Shown in pieces: positions 1 through 9,586 of a DNA stretch of 64,000 nt. Source of the stretch: an uncultured Acidobacteriaceae bacterium (GTDB lineage Bacteria > Acidobacteriota > Terriglobia > Terriglobales > Acidobacteriaceae); the NCBI GenBank assembly GCA_963834565.1, contig CAWICF010000002.1, forward strand, positions 944,410 to 1,008,409, read 5' to 3'. The notes beneath the pieces are model-generated. The model saw nothing but the letters and a program-made list of their open reading frames with translations. It did not search any database and was not told the origin of the DNA. Position 1 is the stretch's first letter; the number at the start of each line of letters is the position of its first letter. The translations under genes and the position numbers were made by a program.

Positions 1-520
1 AAAGCACCAGATCTTTGGCGCTTGAACATCCCAGCTCGCCCCGGCTCACCCATGGCTCCAGGTAGCGCGCGATCACTTCAACCAGTTGCCCCAGATGCCT
101 GCGCAGCAGTGGATCAATGTCTTCGCTCAGTTCGAGCGCACTGTATTGCACCAGGCGCAGTAACTGCGGCCGCTGCATCATCGTTGCTGCGATCAAGTCG
201 AACGTGCGCGCCACTGCCTCACTCGCATCGTTGGCCTCCGCAACTCCCGACAGCAGGTCCCCGCTCAACTTCACCTTCTGCAACTCAGTGTCGAGAACTG
301 CGAAATACAGGTCGCGCTTCCGCGGATAGTGCCGATAGATCGTCACTTCATTCACGCCGGCGCTCGATGCGATGTCGCGTGTGCTCACACCGTTGTAACC
401 GAATCTCGCAAACATCTCTGCAGCGCTCGCCAGAATGCGCGATTCGGCGTCACCCTTGCCGGGATTCGGGCTTCTCATCGCGCGCAGTTTGGCTGCACCG
501 TTGCGATCGGGCGTCGTCAT
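1..520 (-). CDS. TetR/AcrR family transcriptional regulator (3' end runs off window; absent from ORF track)
   Basis: Manual minus-strand translation: MTTPDRNGAAKLRAMRSPNPGKGDAESRILASAAEMFARFGYNGVSTRDIASSAGVNEVTIYRHYPRKRDLYFAVL..., a classic TetR HTH. It stays open to position 1. Alternative ATGs at 478 and 556. Confidence 0.9.
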   Translation of the reverse strand, partial: MTTPDRNGAAKLRAMRSPNPGKGDAESRILASAAEMFARFGYNGVSTRDIASSAGVNEVTIYRHYPRKRDLYFAVLDTELQKVKLSGDLLSGVAEANDASEAVARTFDLIAATMMQRPQLLRLVQYSALELSEDIDPLLRRHLGQLVEVIARYLEPWVSRGELGCSSAKDLVL

Positions 521-713
521 CTGAAGATGTCTTTCGGCTGAATTCTTCTGGAGCATATTCTTTAAAGAATCGTCGATGGACTGCGACGAGTTCGGCAGAG
601 TGTCCAGCTCCGCACTTCCACCTGTTTTCTATTTGAGAAACAGAGCGTGATCAGGGTGAGCCAATTAAGGGAGAATGTCGCTCTGCAGAGTCTGGCATGC
701 TGCAGGAGACAAA

Positions 714-1382
714 TTACCGGATGCTCGAAACCATTGAACTAAATCCCATTCGTCCGGCACACCCAGGATTCCCCGGCGCCAACGGCTCCAGGTCTTCAAA
801 GTCAACTTCCACCGCATAACTCTGCATGATGTGTTCCAGAGTCATCACCACGCGGAAACTGTTCTTGTGCCTCACCACGATCCCTTCCAGTCCGCCCAGT
901 GCGCCCGACCGAATGCGCACCCGCTGTCCGACCGTCGCGAAAGGGTATGGCTGAGCCCGGTTGAGTCTCAGCCCCGTCTTTAACGCTTCGATCGTCGCGT
1001 CTGGCAGCGTTGCCGGCTCTCCACCTGTTCCACCGACAACTGCCAGAGCCCCGGGCACTGCGAGTACGTCGCTTCGCTCATTCCGCTCGATATGAACGAA
1101 AAGATAACCAGGAAATAGCGGAAGTTCGAGGGTGACTCTCGAGCCGTCGCTCCACCTGCGCTGTGACCGGTAGAGTGGAAGGTAGCACTCGATCTCGCGA
1201 TGCATCAGATGCTCGGCAACCCGCTTTTCGTGGCGAGACGTGGTGTAAAGGGCAAACCAATTTGAGGGTTGCGCCGCCTCCGGCAACCGAATCGGCGGTG
1301 GGCTGGGGGCCTCCCGACCGGCCTGATCCTCAATCTGGTGCAAAGCTTCGCCCTCCTCACTTGGGTGAGGTCTTTTCCACAC
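714..1382 (-). CDS. NusG paralog, UpxY/RfaH/LoaP-like transcription antiterminator
   Basis: NGN domain (WFALYTTSRHEKRV...LPLFPGYLFV) plus KOW (GQRVRIRSGALGGLEGIV). The true start may be downstream of 1382. Confidence 0.88.
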   Translation of the reverse strand: MWKRPHPSEEGEALHQIEDQAGREAPSPPPIRLPEAAQPSNWFALYTTSRHEKRVAEHLMHREIECYLPLYRSQRRWSDGSRVTLELPLFPGYLFVHIERNERSDVLAVPGALAVVGGTGGEPATLPDATIEALKTGLRLNRAQPYPFATVGQRVRIRSGALGGLEGIVVRHKNSFRVVMTLEHIMQSYAVEVDFEDLEPLAPGNPGCAGRMGFSSMVSSIR

Positions 1383-1887
1383 CCTTCGTCATCGGCAAAA
1401 AGGGTGCGGAGCAGCATCTGCGGACTCTGGGTTGTTGGCACGTTCCGTTTCACACGGGGGAGTTCAACGGCTGTTGCATGAAAGGAACTGCTTTCATCTG
1501 GCTTGCTTGCTGTTCCGTGGCTGAAACCATGGTAACGCCACTTGAAACCAATATATCAGTACGTTACGGGCAGTCAATGTGGAATTCGGGTGCCTGAAGT
1601 GATCGCATGCTTACTTCCGTGTTTTCCACAGGCAACAGGCCAGTAGCCGCTCCGCTCCGATTGCTTCTTTGGCCATACTGTATCGATTCGGGACACCTGC
1701 GGCGACTTCCACATCCAGGCACGAATGCCGCAGTCAATACCATGCCGGCACTGATCGCTTTGCGCATCGCCCTCCTCCGAATTTCGATGGATCTGTCAGC
1801 GGGTGCCCCCGGTCCCTGCATTTGGGAACCCGGGGAACAAATCGTGTGTGCTTCGTCATCGACTTTGAACCCGGGAAATCAAGCGGC

Positions 1888-3270
1888 TCACTGCCCCGGC
1901 TGCAGGTGCATCTTCAGGAACTGCACGTAAATGTCCCAGTCGCTCGGAACCATGCCGTGCCCGCCGTCGTGCATGTAGTAGGAAAGATCGTGAAAGATCG
2001 GCGTCTTCGCTGCCGGCCACACATCGGTATCCAGCGGATCTTTGCCGAGCAGCTTGTACACCGGCCCCGCCGCTACCTCTGCCAGAAACTCGCCCTTCGG
2101 ATCGGACCAGTAATCTGTGTTCCCCGTCTGCAGCAGCAGCGGCCGCGGCGCAATCAACGCCACCAGCAGATTCGCATCCATTGGTGCCTTGTCCGGGAAT
2201 CCCGCCCAGTGCCCATAGTTCGCCGCGAATTGATATGGAAAGCGTGTCGGCGCCGTCAGGTGCGCAATGGTTTCACCGTAATCGCGATGGCTCAGCGCGG
2301 CGCCGCCCTCGCCCGAGCAGCTCGCAATCATTGCCGCAAATCGTTGATCGTGCGCACCTGCCCACATCACCGTCTTGCCGAGCCGCGAAACGCCATGGAT
2401 CGCCACTCGTTTCGCGTCGATCGCCGGGTCCGTCTCGAAGTAATCCTGGACGCGGCTCATTCCCCACGCCCATGCGGCAATCGATCCCCAATCATCAGGC
2501 GGACGGTCCGGCAGTCCGGGCTTCAAGTAATGCGCACGGATTCCATTCCAAAAGCCGTTCAGATAATCCGGATCGACGTCGCCGTAGTAATAAGTCGCTA
2601 CACCAAATCCGGCATCGAGCAGCGGCTCCACATCGAGCCTCCCGAACCCGCGACCTTTTGGCGGCATCACCTTGGTATTCGTCTTCGGGTCCCAGACTTC
2701 TTCCGGCGTAATCCCCGGATCCTCAACCGAGTTTTGAATTGCGCCAAAGTTGATCGAAAAAAACATCGGCACCGGCTTGTGCGCATTCGCCGGCAGGTAG
2801 ATCAGCAGATGAATCTTCGGCCACGCCGGATCCTTCGAAAACGAAATCGTCACCTGTTTGCGAATCGCCTTTCCATCCAGCGCGGGCGTTCCCTTGTCCG
2901 TCACGTCGAAGCTCTCGTCCGCCGGCCGTCCCGGATCGCGTCCGTATTGCTGCGTCTCAAAAATCTCTTCGATCTCCGGCCGCCGTTTCGTCCACCACGT
3001 CTTTGCGTTCTTCACCGGTTTTCCGTCGTTCAATACCAGCGGGTCCACCAGCGTGTACGTCCCCACTTTCGCCTCGTCGTAGTTCACCGGAATCCCCGCC
3101 ACGACCGACGGCGGAGTTTGCATGGCGCGCATCGCCGAAGCCGGAAGTCCCGGCACCGTCGTCGGCGGCGGAGTGGGCGGCGCGGTCGGTGCCTGGGCCC
3201 GGTGCGTTTGCACCCCCAAAAGCAGCGAAACAAACACACAGGGAACGATGAAAGCAGGCCTGAATTGCAT
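1888..3270 (-). CDS. Secreted CE15-like glucuronoyl/acetylxylan esterase (alpha/beta hydrolase)
   Basis: Signal peptide MQFRPAF...AQA. Motifs WAWGMSRVQDY, HGVSRLGK (CE15 G-x-S-R-x-GK), CSGEGGAAL, LIAPRPLL, GGHG. Confidence 0.8.
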   Translation of the reverse strand: MQFRPAFIVPCVFVSLLLGVQTHRAQAPTAPPTPPPTTVPGLPASAMRAMQTPPSVVAGIPVNYDEAKVGTYTLVDPLVLNDGKPVKNAKTWWTKRRPEIEEIFETQQYGRDPGRPADESFDVTDKGTPALDGKAIRKQVTISFSKDPAWPKIHLLIYLPANAHKPVPMFFSINFGAIQNSVEDPGITPEEVWDPKTNTKVMPPKGRGFGRLDVEPLLDAGFGVATYYYGDVDPDYLNGFWNGIRAHYLKPGLPDRPPDDWGSIAAWAWGMSRVQDYFETDPAIDAKRVAIHGVSRLGKTVMWAGAHDQRFAAMIASCSGEGGAALSHRDYGETIAHLTAPTRFPYQFAANYGHWAGFPDKAPMDANLLVALIAPRPLLLQTGNTDYWSDPKGEFLAEVAAGPVYKLLGKDPLDTDVWPAAKTPIFHDLSYYMHDGGHGMVPSDWDIYVQFLKMHLQPGQ

Positions 3271-4245
3271 TGGAATCCCTCCAGGGGAGCATCTTTCAAA
3301 CACGATTTGCTAATGGAAATAAGTTGCCGACTGAAAAGCTAGTTTTCCGCCCATGCCGCTGTCAAGCTTTTGGGCAGCTCAGCCATCTTCGACCGCGAAA
3401 GTTGACTCCAGTATTCGAATTCTTCAGTTCTCTCAGGCCAATCCAGCAACTCAGCCACTGCTGCGAATCCGCGGGCCGCCCCGCTCAAACGCCTTTTCGA
3501 CCCTCGATCTCCGCCCGGCCAACTTCCTGGAACCCGCCTTATCACTCTCGCCCTAACAGAATCTGCACAGATTCGCTCCATTCGTGCACCCAACACGCAA
3601 TTCCACTTGCCAGGTGCCCTTTCTCCCAGGACCATTCTCGCTGCGCGCCGATTCACGCAACTTTCTGTCGGTTTTCACCTCGCCGAATGGACCGCAAATT
3701 GACGTCGCATTTTCTTCGTGCCATTTGAGCACCGCTGGAGCTATACTCTGTTCACTTTCTGAGTGGATTCGCGGCCCGCATTCGTGCGGTTACTTATTGG
3801 CGACACTCGTACTCCTATGACTCGTATAGGAACTTTGTAGAGTAAGAACGCAAATCAAAGCAGCTTCTCCTCAACCGGATCCCCCACTGGTTAAATAGCT
3901 GCAATACAACAATCAGTACCTTGGCTAATGCTCGATCTGAGGCTTTTTTCATTGCGCCGTCGTCTCTCATGCAGCGATTCCGGTATTACTCTTCTGGCCG
4001 TTCTTTGCAGGCCAAGCTTGACGTTCAGAAGACCCGTAATGCCGGCGTCGCAACTTCCCTCAAGCCCCCGTGTTACAAGGGGCATGATGTGGAGCGATTG
4101 ATCGGAACCCGGTGCTACGGCAGCCACAATAATGTTGGTTTGGGTTCAGGTTGAATAAGCCATGCGGCGGAAGTTTTTGGGGCCGCGTTTACGCGCGTGG
4201 CAATTGGAGGATCGCCCAAGTTCACCTGTTTCACCTGGAGCGCTT

Positions 4246-6675
4246 ATGAAAGCGTACTTCGTCGGTTCGTGTGTGCCTTTGTGTGTGTTGGTATGTGCCC
4301 TTGCTGGGTCCGTGGCATCGGCTGAAACGCAGCGCGCACTTCTCATCGGCATTAACACCTATCAACCCGCAGGCACAACCGCTGAACACCCCGCCGGCTG
4401 CATCTACGGCCGCTGCGAGCTCGGCTCCTTCCAGAATCTCGACGGCTCTGTGAACGACGCACAGGCTATGGCCGATCTGCTTACCAGTCCCAAGTTTGGT
4501 TTTCCCGCCACCAACGTCGTTCTGCTCACCAATCCCGCGGCTCCTCAGCCGCGTCCCGGCATCACGGTATTGCCCGCCGATCAAACCACGCACGACGGCA
4601 TCCTGGCGGCGATGCAGAAGTATCTCGTCGATCTCCCGCAGAAGGGCGACTCTGTGGTTTTCTACGACGCGAGTCATGGTTCACTGCGCGTGAACAGCAA
4701 AGGCAACAAGCTCACGGTGCTCGTCAACGGAAAATACGTCCACGCCGACAGCACGCTGGTTCCTTCCGACGCGTACAAAGGCGGCTACGACGTGCGTGAC
4801 CGCGAAATGACGCGCATCTTCAACGCCGCTCTCAATAAGGGTATTCATCTCACCGTCATCTTCGATAGTTGTCACTCCGGCGGAATCAGCCGCGGCATCG
4901 GCCCGGTCTATCGCGAGCGCGCGCTCGCCTTCGATCCGCGCGACATCGACGAAGCGCCTGATGCGCTGCCCAATGGTCAGCCTGCGCCCGCGCCGACCGA
5001 TCGCTCCGACAATCCAGCTCTCGTTTTCTCCGCCGCCCAGCAGGATCAAACAGCAAAAGAAATGCCGGTCAGCGACAAAGCAACTGACCCGCACGGCGCC
5101 TTTACCGCCGCACTTCTTGAGGCGCTGCAGACGCTGCCCGCCGACACTCCTGCTGAGCTCGTCTACCAACGAGTTAAGGCTGTCCTCGAAGGTGGCAGCG
5201 TCCCCGACCAGGAGCCCGATCTTGACGCGTCTGCCGCGCGCCGCCAGCAACCACTCTTCGGTGGATCCGCTGCAGGCTCAAGCAAGATTCGCACCGCCGC
5301 TCTTGGCACAGACGATGACGGTAGTGTGACTCTCGACATTGGTAAGGTCTCCGGAGTAGGCGTCGGCACGGAGTTCACTGGAATGACTGCGAACTCCGCC
5401 GGCCAGAAAGTGGTCCTTCGCATAACCGATCTCAACGGTATCGCCCGCTCCTCAGCCCAGGTCGTCAGCCCCACCGGAGCAAAGGTCGCGGCAGGCGATG
5501 TCTTCGAACTCACCAAGTGGGTCCCGGCAGACAATCCTCCGTTGAGCATCTGGCTTTGGCCCTCCAACCTATCTGAGAGCGACATCCTCGCGGCAGCAGC
5601 ACAAGTGCAGGCATCCGGTGCCACGCTCGTCTCCGATCCTGCTGAACAGCAATGGACGCACGTCATCAATTGGGATGGTTCGCACTGGACGCTGCAGCAG
5701 GCAGGCGCATCCACGTCCGTCAATCTCGGTGCAACGCTCTCCGCCCAGGCAATTAAGCAGAGCCTTCCCGCTGGCGCAAAGCTCTGGGTAAATCTTCCGG
5801 CATCGACGGAGCTTGCCACCAAGCTCACTCCTGCCGGATCAGATAGTGCCGTCCAGCACGCTGACAGCCTGACGAACGCCATGTACGCGCTCACCGGCGT
5901 TGTCACGGCAAATGGACCTGCCTATGCGTGGTACCACAAGAGCGAGCTCGCCGCCGGCCCGCCTTCGCCGAATGCTCCTGCGCACAGCCCGGGCTGCTCC
6001 GCAACCTCGCAGTACCCGGTGCGCTCTGATTGGGTGCCCGTCGCGAGCCCCGACGCCATCGATGCCGGAAGCACCAAGCTCAACAACTATTCGTCTCTGC
6101 TCGCCAAGGTGCACGGCTGGCTGGAACTCGCCAACAGTCCGGCCGACGCATCAACTGACGACTACTTCTCCCTAGGGTTGATTCCTTCCACCGGCACAGA
6201 TGTCGTCGACACTGCTCAGCCCGTCCATCAGGGAGATTCACTCAAGATGGCTCTTCAGTCCAGCTCGCGCGTCATTGAGCGCCGCTGGGTCTACGTGCTC
6301 GATATTGACTGCCACGGTCAGGGAACGGTACTGTATCCCCACAACTACGCTGAAAACCAGTTTCCAAACGATGCCGATAGCGGGCGCCAGTTTATTCTTC
6401 CCGGCGCTCCCACTTTACGTATCGGCCCGCCGTACGGAGTTGACACATTAATTCTGCTCAGCACTGCGCAGCCGTTGCCCGATCCGTACGCACTGAATTT
6501 TGAAGGCGTAGCTTCACGCGGAACGCGCGGCGTGGCTTCGCCCTTGGAGAAGTTGCTGAACCAGGCCAGTGGTGGCACCCGCGGATTTTCGGGCGAAGTG
6601 CCAACCAACTGGGGTATCGGGCTCATGACCGTTCACAGCGAACCCAAGCAGGCTGCTGCGAACGGGAGCAATTGA
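4246..6675 (+). CDS. Secreted caspase-like peptidase C14 with C-terminal DUF4384-like domain
   Basis: GGAG RBS then ATG at 4246; signal peptide. RALLIGIN, catalytic ASHG and DSCHSG, FSAAQQDQTAKE, HGAFTAALL. C-terminal YVLDIDCHGQGTVLYP...GPPYGVDTLILLST resembles DUF4384. Confidence 0.85.
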   Translation: MKAYFVGSCVPLCVLVCALAGSVASAETQRALLIGINTYQPAGTTAEHPAGCIYGRCELGSFQNLDGSVNDAQAMADLLTSPKFGFPATNVVLLTNPAAPQPRPGITVLPADQTTHDGILAAMQKYLVDLPQKGDSVVFYDASHGSLRVNSKGNKLTVLVNGKYVHADSTLVPSDAYKGGYDVRDREMTRIFNAALNKGIHLTVIFDSCHSGGISRGIGPVYRERALAFDPRDIDEAPDALPNGQPAPAPTDRSDNPALVFSAAQQDQTAKEMPVSDKATDPHGAFTAALLEALQTLPADTPAELVYQRVKAVLEGGSVPDQEPDLDASAARRQQPLFGGSAAGSSKIRTAALGTDDDGSVTLDIGKVSGVGVGTEFTGMTANSAGQKVVLRITDLNGIARSSAQVVSPTGAKVAAGDVFELTKWVPADNPPLSIWLWPSNLSESDILAAAAQVQASGATLVSDPAEQQWTHVINWDGSHWTLQQAGASTSVNLGATLSAQAIKQSLPAGAKLWVNLPASTELATKLTPAGSDSAVQHADSLTNAMYALTGVVTANGPAYAWYHKSELAAGPPSPNAPAHSPGCSATSQYPVRSDWVPVASPDAIDAGSTKLNNYSSLLAKVHGWLELANSPADASTDDYFSLGLIPSTGTDVVDTAQPVHQGDSLKMALQSSSRVIERRWVYVLDIDCHGQGTVLYPHNYAENQFPNDADSGRQFILPGAPTLRIGPPYGVDTLILLSTAQPLPDPYALNFEGVASRGTRGVASPLEKLLNQASGGTRGFSGEVPTNWGIGLMTVHSEPKQAAANGSN

Positions 6676-6763
6676 ATTTGCGCCATCATCATTCGGCTTT
6701 ATGAATTTCGTGAGCAGCCGGCGGCTCAATGAAAATACTCCGGCAAAGGATGGGGGTAGAAAG

Positions 6764-7978
6764 ATGGCAACTTCAAGACGCGATTTCCTTGCCGATGCAT
6801 CTGTCGTCGGCATGCTGGCTGCAATGCTTCCCGGATTGGCGGCTGCTCAGGATTCAGCGGTGGCTCACACTTCGACCAGCAACGCCGAAGCGGACGACGC
6901 GCCGCACGACTCCTTCGGTTTCTGGAACGGATTCTTCGATTCAGTGAACCCATATGCTGCGGACTACGGAAACAAGGCCGCAACACGCGGACCCGCAGAC
7001 CAGCTTCCAGATCCCCAGGCACAGACGCAGTACCTGCACTACGACTCTGACAACAAGCGCCTCCGCTATGCGTCGGACATTAAGAAAGAAGAACTGCTCG
7101 ACCATGACGGCGACGTCGGTGTCAGCATAGCGATTGCCCAATTTCGCCCAGGATCAGGGGAAAACAATCTCAAGGCGTCGCAACTGCGCATCGACACGAC
7201 ACAGGTTCACCCGTTCGTGGACATTATTACTCCGCTCGCCTGGTCGGCCATTGCATCCATCAACCCGAGCAAGATGGGTACGGTTTCCCTTGACCAACTC
7301 GGGTTCAAGTCACCGCAGGCAATGCAGGGCACAAGCAAGATCCTGCTCACTCGGGGAACGGGAAAGCTGGCTGTTAATGTATCCAGAGCCCAGGCCGAAT
7401 CGATGTTCATGAAGGCTCTCAACATCATGCTCCAGGGCGCCAAGATCGCGGCACCGATACTTACCCTTCCGGCCATCAGTGTGCCCGCGCTGAGCACATT
7501 TACTGAGATGATGAGCTACTGGGAAGATCGCACCCGGTTCGTCATGTCGGGTAATCTGACCACCGCAGTCGCTACCCAGCAGGCCTTAAACGATCCGGAT
7601 CGGGAACCCACGTATATGGGCCTGCTCTCCGGCGACTACCTCATGGTTCCGCAGAAACATGTGGATGAGCTTGCCAAGGCGCTGCCAAATCTCGATCTCA
7701 TGCAGGGCTACCTGGTGGCCAAGGATGCCGACCCGAACCTGCCCCTTGCGCAAAGGGCGCAGAGTTCGGTTCCCGGTATCACGTATGCGTCGATGCACGT
7801 CACGGTAGCGCCCTCGAATACCGATCTGAGCAAGCCGCCGATTTGGGCTAACTCAAGCTCCGGTAGCAGCAGCTCCAGCTCGTCTTCCAGCTCGAAGAAG
7901 AGCAGCTCCAGCAGTTCGAGTGGATCGAAGAGCGGATCGACTAGTTCGGGTAGTACTGGCAGCTCGAAGAGCCAGTAG
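6764..7978 (+). CDS. Tat-exported hypothetical protein with Ser-rich C-terminal tail
   Basis: Twin-arginine leader SRRDFL...AAA. The last ~42 aa are almost all Ser/Gly/Lys/Thr. Confidence 0.75.
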   Translation: MATSRRDFLADASVVGMLAAMLPGLAAAQDSAVAHTSTSNAEADDAPHDSFGFWNGFFDSVNPYAADYGNKAATRGPADQLPDPQAQTQYLHYDSDNKRLRYASDIKKEELLDHDGDVGVSIAIAQFRPGSGENNLKASQLRIDTTQVHPFVDIITPLAWSAIASINPSKMGTVSLDQLGFKSPQAMQGTSKILLTRGTGKLAVNVSRAQAESMFMKALNIMLQGAKIAAPILTLPAISVPALSTFTEMMSYWEDRTRFVMSGNLTTAVATQQALNDPDREPTYMGLLSGDYLMVPQKHVDELAKALPNLDLMQGYLVAKDADPNLPLAQRAQSSVPGITYASMHVTVAPSNTDLSKPPIWANSSSGSSSSSSSSSSKKSSSSSSSGSKSGSTSSGSTGSSKSQ

Positions 7979-8086
7979 TTAAGCGTGCGTAAATTGTGCG
8001 ACGGCAGCCCGTCTCTACGGGTATGCTGGGTGCAACGCAGCCGGGGGGTGCCGGCGGCGTTGCCGAACGGTCAGTCGGGGGTCAAT

Positions 8087-9586
8087 ATGAGCCGTGCTTT
8101 CTTATCAAGGGTGATCCTTTGCCTGAGTGCAGGGGCGCTTGCCGCGTTACCCGCCCGGGCGCAAAGCTTCGGGGCCGCGAAGGATAAGGTCACTCTCCAC
8201 CGCAAACTTCCTGCTCTCATCCACCTCCCCGGCAGCAGCATCAAGGTTGTCGTTCCGGGACAGGGTATGGTGGGTGACGTGTCGTACGATCTGCAGGCGC
8301 TGCTTGAAACGGAGATTCTCAAGGACGATCCGGACCTGCGCGTGGAGCCCAATAATCCTGACACAATTCTCACCTGCAACATCACGGGCTTCTACCATCC
8401 AGCGCCCACGATAACCACAGAGCCGGGGCTTGCTCTTACCAAGAATGGTCCGAACACGCAGCAATTAGAGCGGATCACGGGTAGCCTTAGCGTTGCCTTC
8501 CAGGCCAAATCGGCCACTGGCCGCACCTTGATCTCCGACAACGTCACTTCAAAGTACGACGAGCAGTTTGATAGTTCAGGAGTCTCCACCTCCCACGGCG
8601 TCATGGGGTCGCTCAGCGGTACCTGGGGCAAGTTGAAAGGCCAAAAGACCGAAGAAAACACTCCTCCCACCGATGCCGAGTTGCGTTCCAGGCTGCTGCT
8701 CGATGTGGTGCAGCAGATCGCCGAGCATATTGTGAATACGAATGAGGCGATCGACGTCTTTCTGGCCAAGGAAAAAGGCCCGATCGAGGAAGGCGACAAG
8801 CAAGCGGACGGTGAACTCTGGGAACGTGCTCTTGAAACCTTCGAGACTGCGCAGCCGTCCGGCAAGCCGGAAGAGGATGCATACCGCCTTTACAACATCG
8901 GCGTAGCGTATGAGGCGCTTGCCTACCAGGCAGACGACCCCAAGATGGCAATGAAGTACCTTGACCAGGCGGCCATCAACTACGGCAAGGCGATCGATGC
9001 AAAGCCCAGCGAAAAGTACTTTGTGAATCCGCAAGAGCGCATTGAAACGGCAATTGCGCACTACAAAGTCTTTGAAGAAGAGAAGAAGCCGCCGCCCGCG
9101 CCGGTCGAATCTGCCAGCACTGAGCCAGTCGGCCCGACAGCGACCAGAGGGCTCTCGAACAACCTGGTGATTAGCATGGTGAAGGCCGGAATGGACGACA
9201 ACACCGTCATACAGGCCATCCACGCAGCCAAGGCGGTCACTTTCGATCTCACCCCTGGGGGCGAGCAGCAGCTAACCAGTAATGGCGTAAGCGCCCGCGT
9301 CCTGGCGGCAATGAAGACGCAGGCGGCGACAAACTCTCAAGCGCCCTCCTCGCCCAGAGGACTCACCAATAACCAAGTAATTGCCATGATCAAGTCTGGC
9401 ATGGACGACGACACGGTAGTGACGGCCATCCGCGCTACCAAGGTGGTCGACTTCGATCTCACGCCGACGGGCCAGCAACAGCTTACCGGCAGCGGCGTCA
9501 GCAAGCTCGTATTGACTGCGATGAAGACTCGCGCTGCCAGAAAACCGGCCGCGGCAGGAACTGTAAAACAGGCGGCATCGCAATGA
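8087..9586 (+). CDS. Secreted TPR-containing protein with two tandem ~57-aa C-terminal repeats
   Basis: Signal peptide ending ARA-Q. TPR-like YRLYNIGVAYEALA...AAINYGKAIDAKP. Duplicated GL(S/T)NN..I.M.K.GMDD.TV..AI...FDLTP.G.QQL...GVS..VL.AMK. Confidence 0.75.
   Translation: MSRAFLSRVILCLSAGALAALPARAQSFGAAKDKVTLHRKLPALIHLPGSSIKVVVPGQGMVGDVSYDLQALLETEILKDDPDLRVEPNNPDTILTCNITGFYHPAPTITTEPGLALTKNGPNTQQLERITGSLSVAFQAKSATGRTLISDNVTSKYDEQFDSSGVSTSHGVMGSLSGTWGKLKGQKTEENTPPTDAELRSRLLLDVVQQIAEHIVNTNEAIDVFLAKEKGPIEEGDKQADGELWERALETFETAQPSGKPEEDAYRLYNIGVAYEALAYQADDPKMAMKYLDQAAINYGKAIDAKPSEKYFVNPQERIETAIAHYKVFEEEKKPPPAPVESASTEPVGPTATRGLSNNLVISMVKAGMDDNTVIQAIHAAKAVTFDLTPGGEQQLTSNGVSARVLAAMKTQAATNSQAPSSPRGLTNNQVIAMIKSGMDDDTVVTAIRATKVVDFDLTPTGQQQLTGSGVSKLVLTAMKTRAARKPAAAGTVKQAASQ

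Noticed and set aside
1383-1887. ops/JUMPstart element for the NusG paralog
   Set aside because: No GGCGGTAGnnTG match was found on either strand by eye.
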